The position numbers and the translations under genes are program-made. DNA of 64,000 nt from Puniceicoccaceae bacterium. Its GTDB lineage: Bacteria; Verrucomicrobiota; Verrucomicrobiia; Opitutales; Oceanipulchritudinaceae. Where the stretch lies: the NCBI GenBank assembly GCA_040830765.1, contig JBFOMH010000017.1, positions 288,001 through 352,000 of the forward strand. The letters are read 5' to 3'. The notes below the pieces were generated by a model. The model was not told the origin of the DNA and searched no databases. It saw only the letters and a list, made by a program, of their open reading frames with translations. Position 1 is the stretch's first letter, and every line of letters starts with the position of its first letter. Below, piece after piece: positions 21,233 to 30,720 of this stretch.

Positions 21233-21954
21233 TGAGTCAGCGAAACGACCTTGAAGGTGTCCTCTTGATCGACAAGCCGGAGGGAATGACCTCCCACGAC
21301 GTTGTCGACAAGGTGCGGCACAAATTGAAGATGAAACGGGTAGGGCACGCCGGAACGCTGGATCCGAACGCCACCGGTCTCCTGATTATCCTGGTGGGCA
21401 AGGCGACGAAGCTTTCCCAGTTCCTCATGGGTCTGGACAAGACCTACGAGGGGGTTATCAGCCTCGGGATCGAGACGACCACCCAGGACGTCGAGGGCGA
21501 AGTTGTGGAGGAGAAGGATGTTCCTGAATTGAGCGAGGAGCAGGTCAAGGCCTTCATGAAGGAGTTTATCGGCGACCAGTACCAAACCCCACCAATGTTC
21601 TCCGCCAAGAAGATAGATGGAGTTCCTCTTTATAAGATGGCCCGCAAGGGGAAGACCGTTGAACGGGAACCGCGATTTATCCACATCAGTTCTTTCAAGC
21701 TGGATAAGTGGGAGAGTCCGGACATCGAATTCACGTTATCCTGCAGCAAGGGAACCTATGTCCGGACAGTCGCCAACGACCTTGGGCGAAAGATTGGCTG
21801 CGGAGGGTACCTCAAGGAACTGCGCCGGACGGATATCGAGCGCTTCCGGATCGAGGATTCTATTGAGCTGGAAAGCTTCCAGGAACTCAGCATTGACGAA
21901 ATCAAGAGCTGGTTGATTCCGCCCTATCAGGCCGTTCCCAGCAATGTCACCTGA
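21232..21954 (+). CDS. truB: tRNA pseudouridine(55) synthase
   Basis: [42 protein letters not shown] overlap with nrnA. Confidence 0.96.
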   Translation: MSQRNDLEGVLLIDKPEGMTSHDVVDKVRHKLKMKRVGHAGTLDPNATGLLIILVGKATKLSQFLMGLDKTYEGVISLGIETTTQDVEGEVVEEKDVPELSEEQVKAFMKEFIGDQYQTPPMFSAKKIDGVPLYKMARKGKTVEREPRFIHISSFKLDKWESPDIEFTLSCSKGTYVRTVANDLGRKIGCGGYLKELRRTDIERFRIEDSIELESFQELSIDEIKSWLIPPYQAVPSNVT

Positions 21955-21972
21955 CCTTCAACCGTATCCGTC

Positions 21973-22974
21973 ATGCTGAAAGCGCCGAACCTGGCCACTG
22001 GCCTCCAGACGCATCCTGGCAAGGGCGTCTCCGGCAAGGACCCCCGGAAGGAACCACTCCATCTTGCCATCGGTATGTTCGATGGCGTCCACCTCGGACA
22101 CCAGGCGGTTATCCGGCAGGCAATTGCGGCAGCGGAAAAGGAGGCGGGTCACTTATCGGCTGTCCTCACCTTTGATCCGCATCCCAGCCGGATCCTTTAT
22201 CCAGAGCGGGCAACTTCACTCATCATGCCGTTGAGGCAACGCATTGAACATATGCTCGATGTCGGTGCTGAATGTGTCTTCGTGCAGCCATTCTCCCTGA
22301 CCTATTCGCGCCAGAAGGCGGAGGATTTTGTCCCCTTTCTGATGGAGCTTTTTCCCGGCCTGAAAAGCATTCATGTCGGGGAAAATTTCCGGTTTGGCGC
22401 AGGTCGTAGCGGTGATATCAATACCTTGAGCCAAGGAGCTCGTGAGTATGGTGTCGTGCTCGAAGCCCGCCAGCGGGAGGTCCTGCACGATGTGGCGATA
22501 AGCAGCAGCCGTATTCGGGCCGCCCTCATGGAAGGTGAGATCGGCGAAGTCAACGCCATGCTGGGATATCCCTATGTCGCGGAGGGGAGGATCCTCAAGG
22601 GCAAGGGAATGGGTCGACGGATCGATTTCCCGACACTTAATTTCCAATGGCATCCGGAAGTGCTGCCCCGGTTTGGGGTCTATCTCGTCCTTCTCAAATT
22701 GGCCGGTACAGAACGGCTCCTCCCCGGGGTGGCCAACTACGGCCTCCGGCCAACCCTGGAGGAAGCTGACGAACCCTTGATGGAGGTACATCTTCTCCAA
22801 CCGGAGTCTATTCCGGGGGCAGGGGATCGGGTCCGCATCGCCATGATCGACTATCTCCGTCCGGAGAAGGCATTTCCGTCGCTGGATGACCTCAAGCAGC
22901 AGATAACCCGTGATGTCGAGGCCGCCCGGCAAAAGCACCAGACAATCGATGCCTCATCGATCAAACCTTTCTAA
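21973..22974 (+). CDS. ribF: Bifunctional riboflavin kinase/FAD synthetase
   Basis: IGMFDGVHLGHQ, TFDPHP, ISSSRIR, GRRIDFPTLN, RPEKAF. Confidence 0.95.
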   Translation: MLKAPNLATGLQTHPGKGVSGKDPRKEPLHLAIGMFDGVHLGHQAVIRQAIAAAEKEAGHLSAVLTFDPHPSRILYPERATSLIMPLRQRIEHMLDVGAECVFVQPFSLTYSRQKAEDFVPFLMELFPGLKSIHVGENFRFGAGRSGDINTLSQGAREYGVVLEARQREVLHDVAISSSRIRAALMEGEIGEVNAMLGYPYVAEGRILKGKGMGRRIDFPTLNFQWHPEVLPRFGVYLVLLKLAGTERLLPGVANYGLRPTLEEADEPLMEVHLLQPESIPGAGDRVRIAMIDYLRPEKAFPSLDDLKQQITRDVEAARQKHQTIDASSIKPF

Positions 22975-23015
22975 AGGGTTGCCGGTTGGTGAGGCTGTGA
23001 CTTAATTAGGCGGAG

Positions 23016-24251
23016 ATGAACGCAACTTGCAGGGTATTCCTAACCGCACTCATGGCCCTTGGCGGCATGGGGCTGGTTGCACAGGAAACAGAGCAGTGGC
23101 TCTTTGAAGGCTTGATAACGGAGGCGGATCCAGCCTTGGCCCCGGATTTGCAAAGCGGCTGGGTGCTGGCCGGAAGTTTCTTCTTCAACCGGCTGGAATT
23201 GCAGGAAGAGCCGGTTCCTCCGGAGGCCCGTGGAGGGCGCCTGGCGGGGGGGATTGGCCAGACAGAGCTAACCATTGACCTCTATCACCAGCTGCATTTT
23301 GAAGCGCGACAGGTTCCCGGACTGGCCGGCTTTGATTACCAGAACAACGATCCCGACTTTGATGGGAGGGACATGCTGGGCTGGTTCTTTCCCGTGCAGG
23401 GTGAACTGAAGGACTCCGGATGGACCTCCCGCTGGTTGCAGATCTGGCTCGCCGACCCGGAGGGTGAGATGATCCGGAATGTGCCACCCCGGATTTCCCC
23501 TTACGGGATTGACTATCAGTCTGCCTGGTTCCGGCTGACCTTCGAGAATGCAGCCGGAGAGCCGGTCTATGCCGATGGGCGGATCGATCTCTTTGCACCC
23601 CGGACAGAAGTGGACTCGATGGATGAGGAGACTTCCTGGAGAGGAGTTGCCATTGAACTCAGTGACGAGCTGATGCGGAAGGATTCTGTCATCGAGGAAT
23701 TGCGCCAGGACCTGGCGGCTTCCATCGCCCGCTTGGAAGGATTGCGCAATATGGTCGACCTTCTCGTCGAGGAGCGGGAATCCCTTCGTCAGGAAAACCG
23801 GATTTTGCAGGAAGAGGCGGAAAAAGCCGATCCGCAAGTACAGGAGAAATTGACCGAATTGGAGGTTGAGAAGTCTCTCCTGGAGTCCCGCATCGATGAA
23901 CTCTCCGGCCAGAATCAAGCGCTGGCGGAAAGCCTTGCCTCTTCGGAGGTCGAGCGCCTGCAATTGATGCAACAGCTTGAGGACATGGAAAACCTGCGCA
24001 GCCAACCGGTTGCTGATTCCACCGGTGTGCAATCCGCTTCGTCGGTGGTTGTGACCCGCGACAACCAGCCTGTCGGGTCGATGACGATCGTCGAGGAGCC
24101 GATGGTCATTGAGAAGCCCGTCCTCATTGAGAAGCGTATTCCGGTCAAGGAGACGCCTCCGGAAACGAAGGTCTCCCCGCCACCAGCCAGCAAGGAAAAA
24201 CCCAAGAAGCCGCGATTCACGAAGCGCCATGGACCGCGCAAATTCCGTTAG
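23016..24251 (+). CDS. Hypothetical exported protein with C-terminal coiled coil
   Basis: Signal peptide (...GMGLVA-QE), beta-rich N-terminal region, about 130-aa E/L-rich heptad region, Pro/Lys-rich basic tail; GGAG before the ATG. Confidence 0.75.
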   Translation: MNATCRVFLTALMALGGMGLVAQETEQWLFEGLITEADPALAPDLQSGWVLAGSFFFNRLELQEEPVPPEARGGRLAGGIGQTELTIDLYHQLHFEARQVPGLAGFDYQNNDPDFDGRDMLGWFFPVQGELKDSGWTSRWLQIWLADPEGEMIRNVPPRISPYGIDYQSAWFRLTFENAAGEPVYADGRIDLFAPRTEVDSMDEETSWRGVAIELSDELMRKDSVIEELRQDLAASIARLEGLRNMVDLLVEERESLRQENRILQEEAEKADPQVQEKLTELEVEKSLLESRIDELSGQNQALAESLASSEVERLQLMQQLEDMENLRSQPVADSTGVQSASSVVVTRDNQPVGSMTIVEEPMVIEKPVLIEKRIPVKETPPETKVSPPPASKEKPKKPRFTKRHGPRKFR

Positions 24252-24256
24252 TTTCC

Positions 24257-25051
24257 GTGGACAAGGCACAGAGACATCGTGTAAACGCCGCCCGCGTTGC
24301 CATTCGCAACCAGATGGGCTTCTTTGACGAGTGGCATGGTCAAGTGGCTTCCGACTGGAAGGCGGATGAAACCCGTGTGACTTTTGCTGACTTTGCCATC
24401 ACCGAAAAGTTATTTGCGGAATTGCGTCGATCCTTCCCGGAGGACCAGTTCATGTCCGAGGAAACGGTGATTCCCGATGAAGAGGTTGCCATCGAATCCC
24501 GATACCTGTGGGTCCTCGACCCGATCGACGGGACCAATAATTATGCCCTTGGCATGCCTTCCTGTGCAATTTCATTGGCTCTCTTCAAGGACGGTCTGCC
24601 GCTATACGGACTTATTTATGATGGTAGCACCAGTGAGTTGTTGGAAGGCGGCCCCCAGCAGCCTCTTCTGGTCAATGGACGCAAGGTTGTGCCACTGGAG
24701 CAGGCTTTTCCCAAGCGGTCCGGATTGGTCGCCCTGCATTTTCCTTTACCTGAATCCCGGGTGGGGGACCTGCATGAACTCTTTCATAAGTACCGTGTCC
24801 GCAGCCTTGGAAGTGCCGCCCTTCACCTGGCCTATGTCGCCTTGGGACGCTTGGACGGAGCCCTGGATGAAAAGGTCCGGATCTGGGATATCGCCGCAGC
24901 CATGTGTCTCCTTGAGGCAGCTGGAAGGGAAATTCGCTTTATTGGCCGGAATCCACTCCCGCTCCTGCAATTCAGCATGAAGGAGGCCCCATTGCAGTAC
25001 TATGCTGGCAATGCGGCATTCTTAAAGGAAATGGAAAATTGGCTTCGTTGA
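24257..25051 (+). CDS. Inositol monophosphatase family protein
   Basis: SEE, WVLDPIDGTNNY, RSLGSAAL, WDIAAA; GTG start. Confidence 0.9.
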   Translation: MDKAQRHRVNAARVAIRNQMGFFDEWHGQVASDWKADETRVTFADFAITEKLFAELRRSFPEDQFMSEETVIPDEEVAIESRYLWVLDPIDGTNNYALGMPSCAISLALFKDGLPLYGLIYDGSTSELLEGGPQQPLLVNGRKVVPLEQAFPKRSGLVALHFPLPESRVGDLHELFHKYRVRSLGSAALHLAYVALGRLDGALDEKVRIWDIAAAMCLLEAAGREIRFIGRNPLPLLQFSMKEAPLQYYAGNAAFLKEMENWLR

Positions 25052-25108
25052 CATGCTGTCCTTGCCAGCCTCCAACATTCCCTTATCAGTCTTCAGTAAA
25101 GGATTGTT

Positions 25109-25978
25109 ATGAAAATCTACATGAATGGCACCCTTGTCGATGAGGCCGACGCGAAAGTATCCGTGTTTGACCACGGACTGCTGTATGGTGACGGGATATT
25201 TGAAGGAATCCGTCTCTACAAGGGCTGTGTCTTCAAGCTCGACGAGCACCTGGACCGGCTGGACAAGTCGGCCCGCGCTATTCTGTTGAAGCTGCCGGTG
25301 GATCTGGAGACGATTGCCGAGGCCATTTGTGAGACCTGCCGGGTCAACAATCTCGAGGACGGGTACATTCGCCTGATCGTAACCCGTGGCGTCGGTTCCC
25401 TTGGACTGAGCCACCTCAGTTGCAAGGATCCTCAGCTGATCATCATAGCGGACAAGATCACACTCTATCCCGAAGAACACTACACGAAAGGGCTGCGGAT
25501 TATCACTTCGCCAACCCGTCGCATTAATCCGGCCGCCCTGCCGCCGATGGTCAAGTCCCTCAACTACCTGAACAACATCCTTGCCAAGGCGGATGCCAAC
25601 CAGGCCGACTGCCTCGAAGCCATCATGTTGAACGACCAGGGCTATGTTGCCGAATGCACCGGGGACAACATTTTCATCCGGCACAAGGACAAGTGGTTTA
25701 CGCCCCCGACGGCTGCCGGTGCCCTCCGGGGGATTACCCGCGGTGCCGTTCTCGAGCTGATGGAGGACCTTGGCTACACCTGTCAGGAGGCCAATTTGAC
25801 CCGCTATGACATCTGGACCGCTGATGAAATGTTCCTCACCGGCACGGCTGCCGAGGTCATTCCTGTGGTTGACGTGGACAGCCGGACCATTGGGGACGGA
25901 AAGCCCGGTGCCTTGACCCACAAGTTGCTTGAGGCCTTCCATGACAAGGTGAAAACGGATGGCCGGATGATTCGGTGA
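25109..25978 (+). CDS. ilvE: Branched-chain amino acid aminotransferase
   Basis: DHGLLYGDGIFEGIR, KSLNY (PLP lysine), ECTGDNIF, LRGITR, FLTGTAAEV. Confidence 0.93.
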   Translation: MKIYMNGTLVDEADAKVSVFDHGLLYGDGIFEGIRLYKGCVFKLDEHLDRLDKSARAILLKLPVDLETIAEAICETCRVNNLEDGYIRLIVTRGVGSLGLSHLSCKDPQLIIIADKITLYPEEHYTKGLRIITSPTRRINPAALPPMVKSLNYLNNILAKADANQADCLEAIMLNDQGYVAECTGDNIFIRHKDKWFTPPTAAGALRGITRGAVLELMEDLGYTCQEANLTRYDIWTADEMFLTGTAAEVIPVVDVDSRTIGDGKPGALTHKLLEAFHDKVKTDGRMIR

Positions 25979-26026
25979 ACCGCCCTTTCGACTGGAAAAT
26001 GGGCCGAATGCGATTAAGATAGAAAC

Positions 26027-26521
26027 ATGGCAAAACCCGAACAGTGCAGCCAATGTTCCAAGCCGGCAACGATCCACCTTACCCAGATTATCGATAACAA
26101 GATTCACAAGGTGGATTTGTGCGAGGATTGCCCCTTCAAGAAAGGGGTGACCGATCCGGAAGGCTTCTCCCTGGCCGATTTTCTCCTCAAGCCTCCCGCT
26201 TCGCTCGTTTCGGATCAGTCCCTGCAGTGCGAGGCCTGTGGGTTCTCTCCCGCGGACTTCAAGAAGACCGGGCGTTTCGGATGTCCCCAGTGCTATGAGA
26301 CCTTCAAGGAAATCCTCCAGCCGATGCTGAAGAACATGCACAAGGACACCGTTCACCGGGGAAAGGTGCCTGAAAAAGCCCTGGCCCGTATGAGCCGCAA
26401 GCGGCGTCTGGACCAACTCGAGTCCGACCTCGATGAAGCGGTCAAGGAAGAGAATTACGAAGAGGCGGCCCGCTTGCGGGATTTGATTTCCCAAGCCAGG
26501 GAAGCCCTTAATTTTTCCTGA
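26027..26521 (+). CDS. mcsA: Protein-arginine kinase activator McsA
   Basis: Four CxxC motifs, GRFGCPQCY, H-x-GKVP, C-terminal UVR motif ENYEEAARLRD. Confidence 0.92.
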   Translation: MAKPEQCSQCSKPATIHLTQIIDNKIHKVDLCEDCPFKKGVTDPEGFSLADFLLKPPASLVSDQSLQCEACGFSPADFKKTGRFGCPQCYETFKEILQPMLKNMHKDTVHRGKVPEKALARMSRKRRLDQLESDLDEAVKEENYEEAARLRDLISQAREALNFS

Positions 26522-26526
26522 TAACA

Positions 26527-27651
26527 ATGCTGATAACTCCCCTAATTGAAGCTAAGGCTGAATTGACGGATGGAGGATTGGCAGCTGAGCCAATCGTCCT
26601 TTCGACTCGTATCCGGCTTGCCCGCAACCTGGCCGGTGAAGCTTTTCCGGGATGGGCAGACGGACCGCAGCGGACAGCGGTCTTTGACCGTTGTTTTGAG
26701 CAGCTCAGTCCGTTGTCAGCTTTCAAGGAGGGGGTATTCCTGCAGATGTCCGATCTGACCGACCTTGAAAAACAGGTGTTGGTGGAACGGCGTCTGGTCA
26801 GCCGCGAACTTATCGAGGCCCCCGATTCGACCGGGGTACTGGTTTCACCAGCCCAGAACCTGGCCATTATGATTAATGAAGAGGACCACTTGCGGATCCA
26901 GGCCCTGCACAGCGGATTCAATCTCCGCAAGACCTGGGATGAAGTGGACAGCCTCGACAACCAGATCGAGGAACATCTCGATTATGCGTTTTCCGATGAT
27001 TACGGTTACCTCACTGCCTGTCCGACAAACGTCGGGACGGGTCTCCGGGCCTCCGCGATGCTCCACTTGCCCGGTCTTGTCATGCGGGACCACATGGAGA
27101 AGGTCATCCGGATGGTCAACCAGTTGGGATTGGCGGTCCGGGGAAGCCTCGGTGAGGGCAGCGAGGCCACCGGGAGCATTTTCCAAATCAGCAACCAGCA
27201 GACGCTGGGGGAGTCCGAGGAGCAGATTCTCAAACGCCTCATCAACATCCTTCATGCCATCATTGAGCAGGAGAATAATGCCCGCGGGGTCATGCTCGAA
27301 AAGCAGCCTGCTGTGATTCTGGACAAAATTGGACGCGCCTACGGTGTTTTGCGAAATGGGCACCTTTTAAGCTCCGCAGAAGCGGTAAATCTATTGAGTT
27401 TGATGCGACTGGCAGTGGACATCGGCATGTTGCCGCAGGAAAAACGGGCCCAAATCGACCGTCTGACGATGGAGGTTCAGCCCGGTCATGTCCAGTGCAC
27501 CGCCAATGCCAACATCGATCCGGAAGAGCGCGACGAGATGCGGGCAACCAGAATTAGGGAACAATTTGCTTCTTTTCCTACTCTTGATTTTAGTAACATC
27601 CATTGGACGCCCAACCTGAAACCACAAGATAACGATGGAACCCATGAATAA
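26527..27651 (+). CDS. mcsB: Protein arginine kinase McsB
   Basis: STRIRLARN, INEEDHLR, CPTNVGTGLRAS, FQISNQQTLG (ATP:guanido phosphotransferase); lies between mcsA and clpC. Confidence 0.94.
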   Translation: MLITPLIEAKAELTDGGLAAEPIVLSTRIRLARNLAGEAFPGWADGPQRTAVFDRCFEQLSPLSAFKEGVFLQMSDLTDLEKQVLVERRLVSRELIEAPDSTGVLVSPAQNLAIMINEEDHLRIQALHSGFNLRKTWDEVDSLDNQIEEHLDYAFSDDYGYLTACPTNVGTGLRASAMLHLPGLVMRDHMEKVIRMVNQLGLAVRGSLGEGSEATGSIFQISNQQTLGESEEQILKRLINILHAIIEQENNARGVMLEKQPAVILDKIGRAYGVLRNGHLLSSAEAVNLLSLMRLAVDIGMLPQEKRAQIDRLTMEVQPGHVQCTANANIDPEERDEMRATRIREQFASFPTLDFSNIHWTPNLKPQDNDGTHE

Positions 27652-30136
27652 TTTTACGCCCCGGGCCCAGCAAGTGCTGGCATTGGCCCGTAAGGAGGCT
27701 GACCGCTTTCACCACAATTATGTCGGTACAGAGCACCTGCTGCTTGGATTGATTAATCTCGGGCAGGGAGTTGCTGTTAATGTGCTGCAGAAAATGGGAC
27801 TGGACCTCGATACTGTGCGGACCGCTGTTGAGAAGCAGGTCGGCAAGGGGCCAGCCGCGAAGCCGATTGGAAACATCTCCTACACCCCCCGGGTAAAAAA
27901 GGTCCTCGCCCTGGCGGGCAAGGAAGCCAAGTCGTTGAACCACAGCTATGTAGGGACGGAGCATATCCTTTTGGGCCTCCTTCGGGAAGGCGATGGCGTC
28001 GCTGCCCGGGTGCTGAAGAGCCTCGAGGTGGATATTGAGCGCTGCCGGGACGAAATCCTCAGCGAACTGGATCCCAATTTTGCCGGTGAAGGGGGCGAAC
28101 CTACGGGTGCTGCCCCGGGTGGCGTCGGTCCCATGGGCGGCGGTCCGGAAGACAAGCGCGAATTGAAGACGCCGGCCCTGAAGGCATTCGGACGGGATCT
28201 TACCGAACTGGCCCGCAACGGGGAACTGGACCCGGTCATCGGCCGCAAGGACGAAATACGCCGGGTCGTCCAGGTGCTTTGCCGGCGGACCAAGAACAAT
28301 CCCGTGTTGATTGGTGAGGCCGGCGTCGGCAAAACGGCCATTGTCGAAGGACTGGCCCTCGAGATTGCAAGTGGGGTTGTTCCGGAAATCCTTGCTGAAA
28401 AACGACTTATAACGCTCGACCTCGCCCTTATGGTGGCTGGGACAAAGTACCGCGGCCAGTTCGAGGAGCGCATCAAGGCGGTCATGGACGAGATTCGCCG
28501 GGCCAAGAACGTCATTATCTTCATCGATGAACTGCACACCATTGTTGGTGCGGGTGCCGCTGAAGGAGCGATGGACGCTTCCAACATCTTCAAGCCAGCC
28601 TTAAGCCGGGGTGAATTGCAGTGCATTGGAGCGACCACCTTGGCCGAGTACCGCAAGTACATAGAGAAGGATAGTGCCCTTGATCGGCGCTTCCAGAGTG
28701 TCATGGTGGACGCTCCGAGCGTCGAGGACTCCATTGCCATCCTCAAGGGCATCGCCCCGAAGTACGAGGAGCACCACAAAGTCAGCTACACGGATAAAGC
28801 CCTTGAATCGGCTGTCCACCTGTCCGAACGCTACATCACTTCCCGCTTCCTGCCGGACAAAGCCATCGATGTGCTCGATGAAACTGGTGCCCGCTCGCGG
28901 ATCAATTCCCTTAATCGTCCACCGGAAATCGAGGACATGGCCAAGAAGATCGAAGAGGTCTGTGCCCAAAAGGAAGATTGCATCAGCAAGCAGAAGTTTG
29001 AGGATGCCGCCAAGTTCCGGGACGAGGAAAAGAAGCTCCGGGCCCAGCGGGAAGAAATGATTGAGGAATGGAAGAAGTCCCGTGCCGAGACCAAGATTAC
29101 TGTCGATGAGGAGGATATGCTCCAGGTCGTCAGCGACTGGACCGGTATTCCGCTGCGCCGGATGGAGCAGAAGGAATCCGAGAAGCTTCTCAATCTGGAG
29201 AATGAGCTTCAGGATACGGTTATCGGGCAGGATGAGGCCACAGTGGCCATTGCCAAAGCCTTGCGCCGCAGCCGGGCCGATTTGAAAGACCCCAGCCGTC
29301 CGATTGGGTCCTTCCTCTTCATGGGCCCGACTGGCGTCGGCAAGACCCACCTCGCCAAGACCCTCGCCGAGTCCATTTTCGGAAACAAGGATTCCATCGT
29401 CCAGATCGACATGTCGGAGTACATGGAGAAGTTTTCTGTCAGCCGCCTGATTGGTTCGCCTCCGGGTTACGTTGGCTACGAGGAAGGGGGTCAGTTGACC
29501 GAGACAGTCCGCCGCAAGCCTTACTGCGTGGTCCTCTTTGACGAAATTGAGAAGGCCCACCCGGATGTCGTGCAGATTCTTCTTCAGGTCCTCGAAGAGG
29601 GCCGCTTGACGGATAGCCTCGGCCGGACGGTCGATTTCCGGAACACGATCATTATCATGACATCCAATGTCGGGGCCCATATCCTGCAGAAGGGACAAGG
29701 GCTCGGGTTCGGGAACGACGATGCAGAGGACAACTTCGAGAAGATCAAATCCAAGATCATGGATGAGGCCAAGCGGGTCTTCAAACCGGAGTTCCTTAAC
29801 CGGATCAACAGTATCATTGTCTTCCACCAGCTGCTTCGCCAGCACCTGCGCAAGATTGTCGATATTGAAATCCGTGGCATCACCGGGCGCCTTGCCGAGC
29901 GCCATATGCCGCTGGAGATTTCCGAGGCTGCCAAGGATTTCCTCATTGACCAGGGATATGATGAGAAGTTCGGAGCCCGGCCCTTGCGGAGGGCGGTCGA
30001 GCAACATCTGGAGGATCCCCTGGCCGAGAATCTCCTGCGGGGTGACCTCAAGGAGGGTGAGCCGGTCCAGGTGGATGTTTCCGAAGATGGCAAGGTGCTG
30101 ACCTTCGTCCAGAAGGCGGCAGCTCCCGGGGTCTGA
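27635..30136 (+). CDS. clpC: ATP-dependent Clp protease ATPase subunit ClpC
   Basis: Double Clp-N domain (TEH motifs), GEAGVGKT, short UVR-type M-domain, [11 protein letters not shown] ClpP-docking loop. Confidence 0.95.
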   Translation: MEPMNNFTPRAQQVLALARKEADRFHHNYVGTEHLLLGLINLGQGVAVNVLQKMGLDLDTVRTAVEKQVGKGPAAKPIGNISYTPRVKKVLALAGKEAKSLNHSYVGTEHILLGLLREGDGVAARVLKSLEVDIERCRDEILSELDPNFAGEGGEPTGAAPGGVGPMGGGPEDKRELKTPALKAFGRDLTELARNGELDPVIGRKDEIRRVVQVLCRRTKNNPVLIGEAGVGKTAIVEGLALEIASGVVPEILAEKRLITLDLALMVAGTKYRGQFEERIKAVMDEIRRAKNVIIFIDELHTIVGAGAAEGAMDASNIFKPALSRGELQCIGATTLAEYRKYIEKDSALDRRFQSVMVDAPSVEDSIAILKGIAPKYEEHHKVSYTDKALESAVHLSERYITSRFLPDKAIDVLDETGARSRINSLNRPPEIEDMAKKIEEVCAQKEDCISKQKFEDAAKFRDEEKKLRAQREEMIEEWKKSRAETKITVDEEDMLQVVSDWTGIPLRRMEQKESEKLLNLENELQDTVIGQDEATVAIAKALRRSRADLKDPSRPIGSFLFMGPTGVGKTHLAKTLAESIFGNKDSIVQIDMSEYMEKFSVSRLIGSPPGYVGYEEGGQLTETVRRKPYCVVLFDEIEKAHPDVVQILLQVLEEGRLTDSLGRTVDFRNTIIIMTSNVGAHILQKGQGLGFGNDDAEDNFEKIKSKIMDEAKRVFKPEFLNRINSIIVFHQLLRQHLRKIVDIEIRGITGRLAERHMPLEISEAAKDFLIDQGYDEKFGARPLRRAVEQHLEDPLAENLLRGDLKEGEPVQVDVSEDGKVLTFVQKAAAPGV

Positions 30137-30161
30137 TTCGACTTCCCGCCGGCGATTTCCA

Positions 30162-30190
30162 TTGCCAATCGGGCAGGCCCTTTCTAAGCT
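30162..30190 (+). promoter_or_regulatory. Candidate sigma70 promoter for the ACT-domain gene
   Basis: TTGCCA-N17-TAAGCT, followed by AGGAGG and the ATG at 30214. Confidence 0.45.
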
Positions 30191-30213
30191 TCATGCTGGA
30201 AAGGAGGCACCTG

Positions 30214-30633
30214 ATGTTAAACGTGTCACAAGGTAAGGAAATCGTCCTTCGTGTGAAGAACGACATGGGTGTCCTTGGTGAAATAGCCCGTTTGGTTTCC
30301 GAGAGGGGGGTAAGTATCGAAGCGGTCTCCGGCACGGCCGAAGCCGACATGTGTACGCTGAGGCTGGTCACGGATGACAATCTGCGCACCTGTGATCTTC
30401 TTCAGGAGCATGCCTATTCTCCGGTTGAGGAATCCGTTGTCCTTCTCGAAGTTCCCCATAAGCCGGGAATGTTGAGGAATCTGACGTTGCGGCTGGGAGA
30501 AGAAGCGATCGATATCCGCTCACTCTATGCTTCCGCGAGTACCAGGGATGCCTATTGCCTGATGGTATTGCGGACGACGAATGATGCTAGGGCGCTCGTC
30601 GCCCTGAGTGAATTCGTCACCGAATATGCATGA
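30214..30633 (+). CDS. Tandem ACT domain protein
   Basis: Two ACT-like repeats (N-x-x-GVL...GVSI; HKPGML...IDI-x-x-LY). The strong SD AGGAGG supports the start at 30214. Confidence 0.85.
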   Translation: MLNVSQGKEIVLRVKNDMGVLGEIARLVSERGVSIEAVSGTAEADMCTLRLVTDDNLRTCDLLQEHAYSPVEESVVLLEVPHKPGMLRNLTLRLGEEAIDIRSLYASASTRDAYCLMVLRTTNDARALVALSEFVTEYA

Positions 30634-30667
30634 GGCATCTTGAAGCACTGAGAGCCAGTGCTTTATG

Positions 30668-30701
30668 GCAGGCCGGTTGCTTATATCGGCCTGCTTTTTT
30701 T
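30668..30701 (+). terminator. Rho-independent terminator (second hairpin just upstream at 30643-30663)
   Basis: GCAGGCCG-N11-CGGCCTGC followed by T7; upstream AAGCACTG-AGAGC-CAGTGCTT; lies between convergent genes. Confidence 0.8.
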
Positions 30702-30720
30702 ATTTGCCTGTGGAGCTCGG

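Noticed and set aside
25979..26026. CtsR or CIRCE operator ahead of mcsA
   Set aside because: Neither the GGTCAAA direct repeat nor TTAGCACTC-N9-GAGTGCTAA is present.
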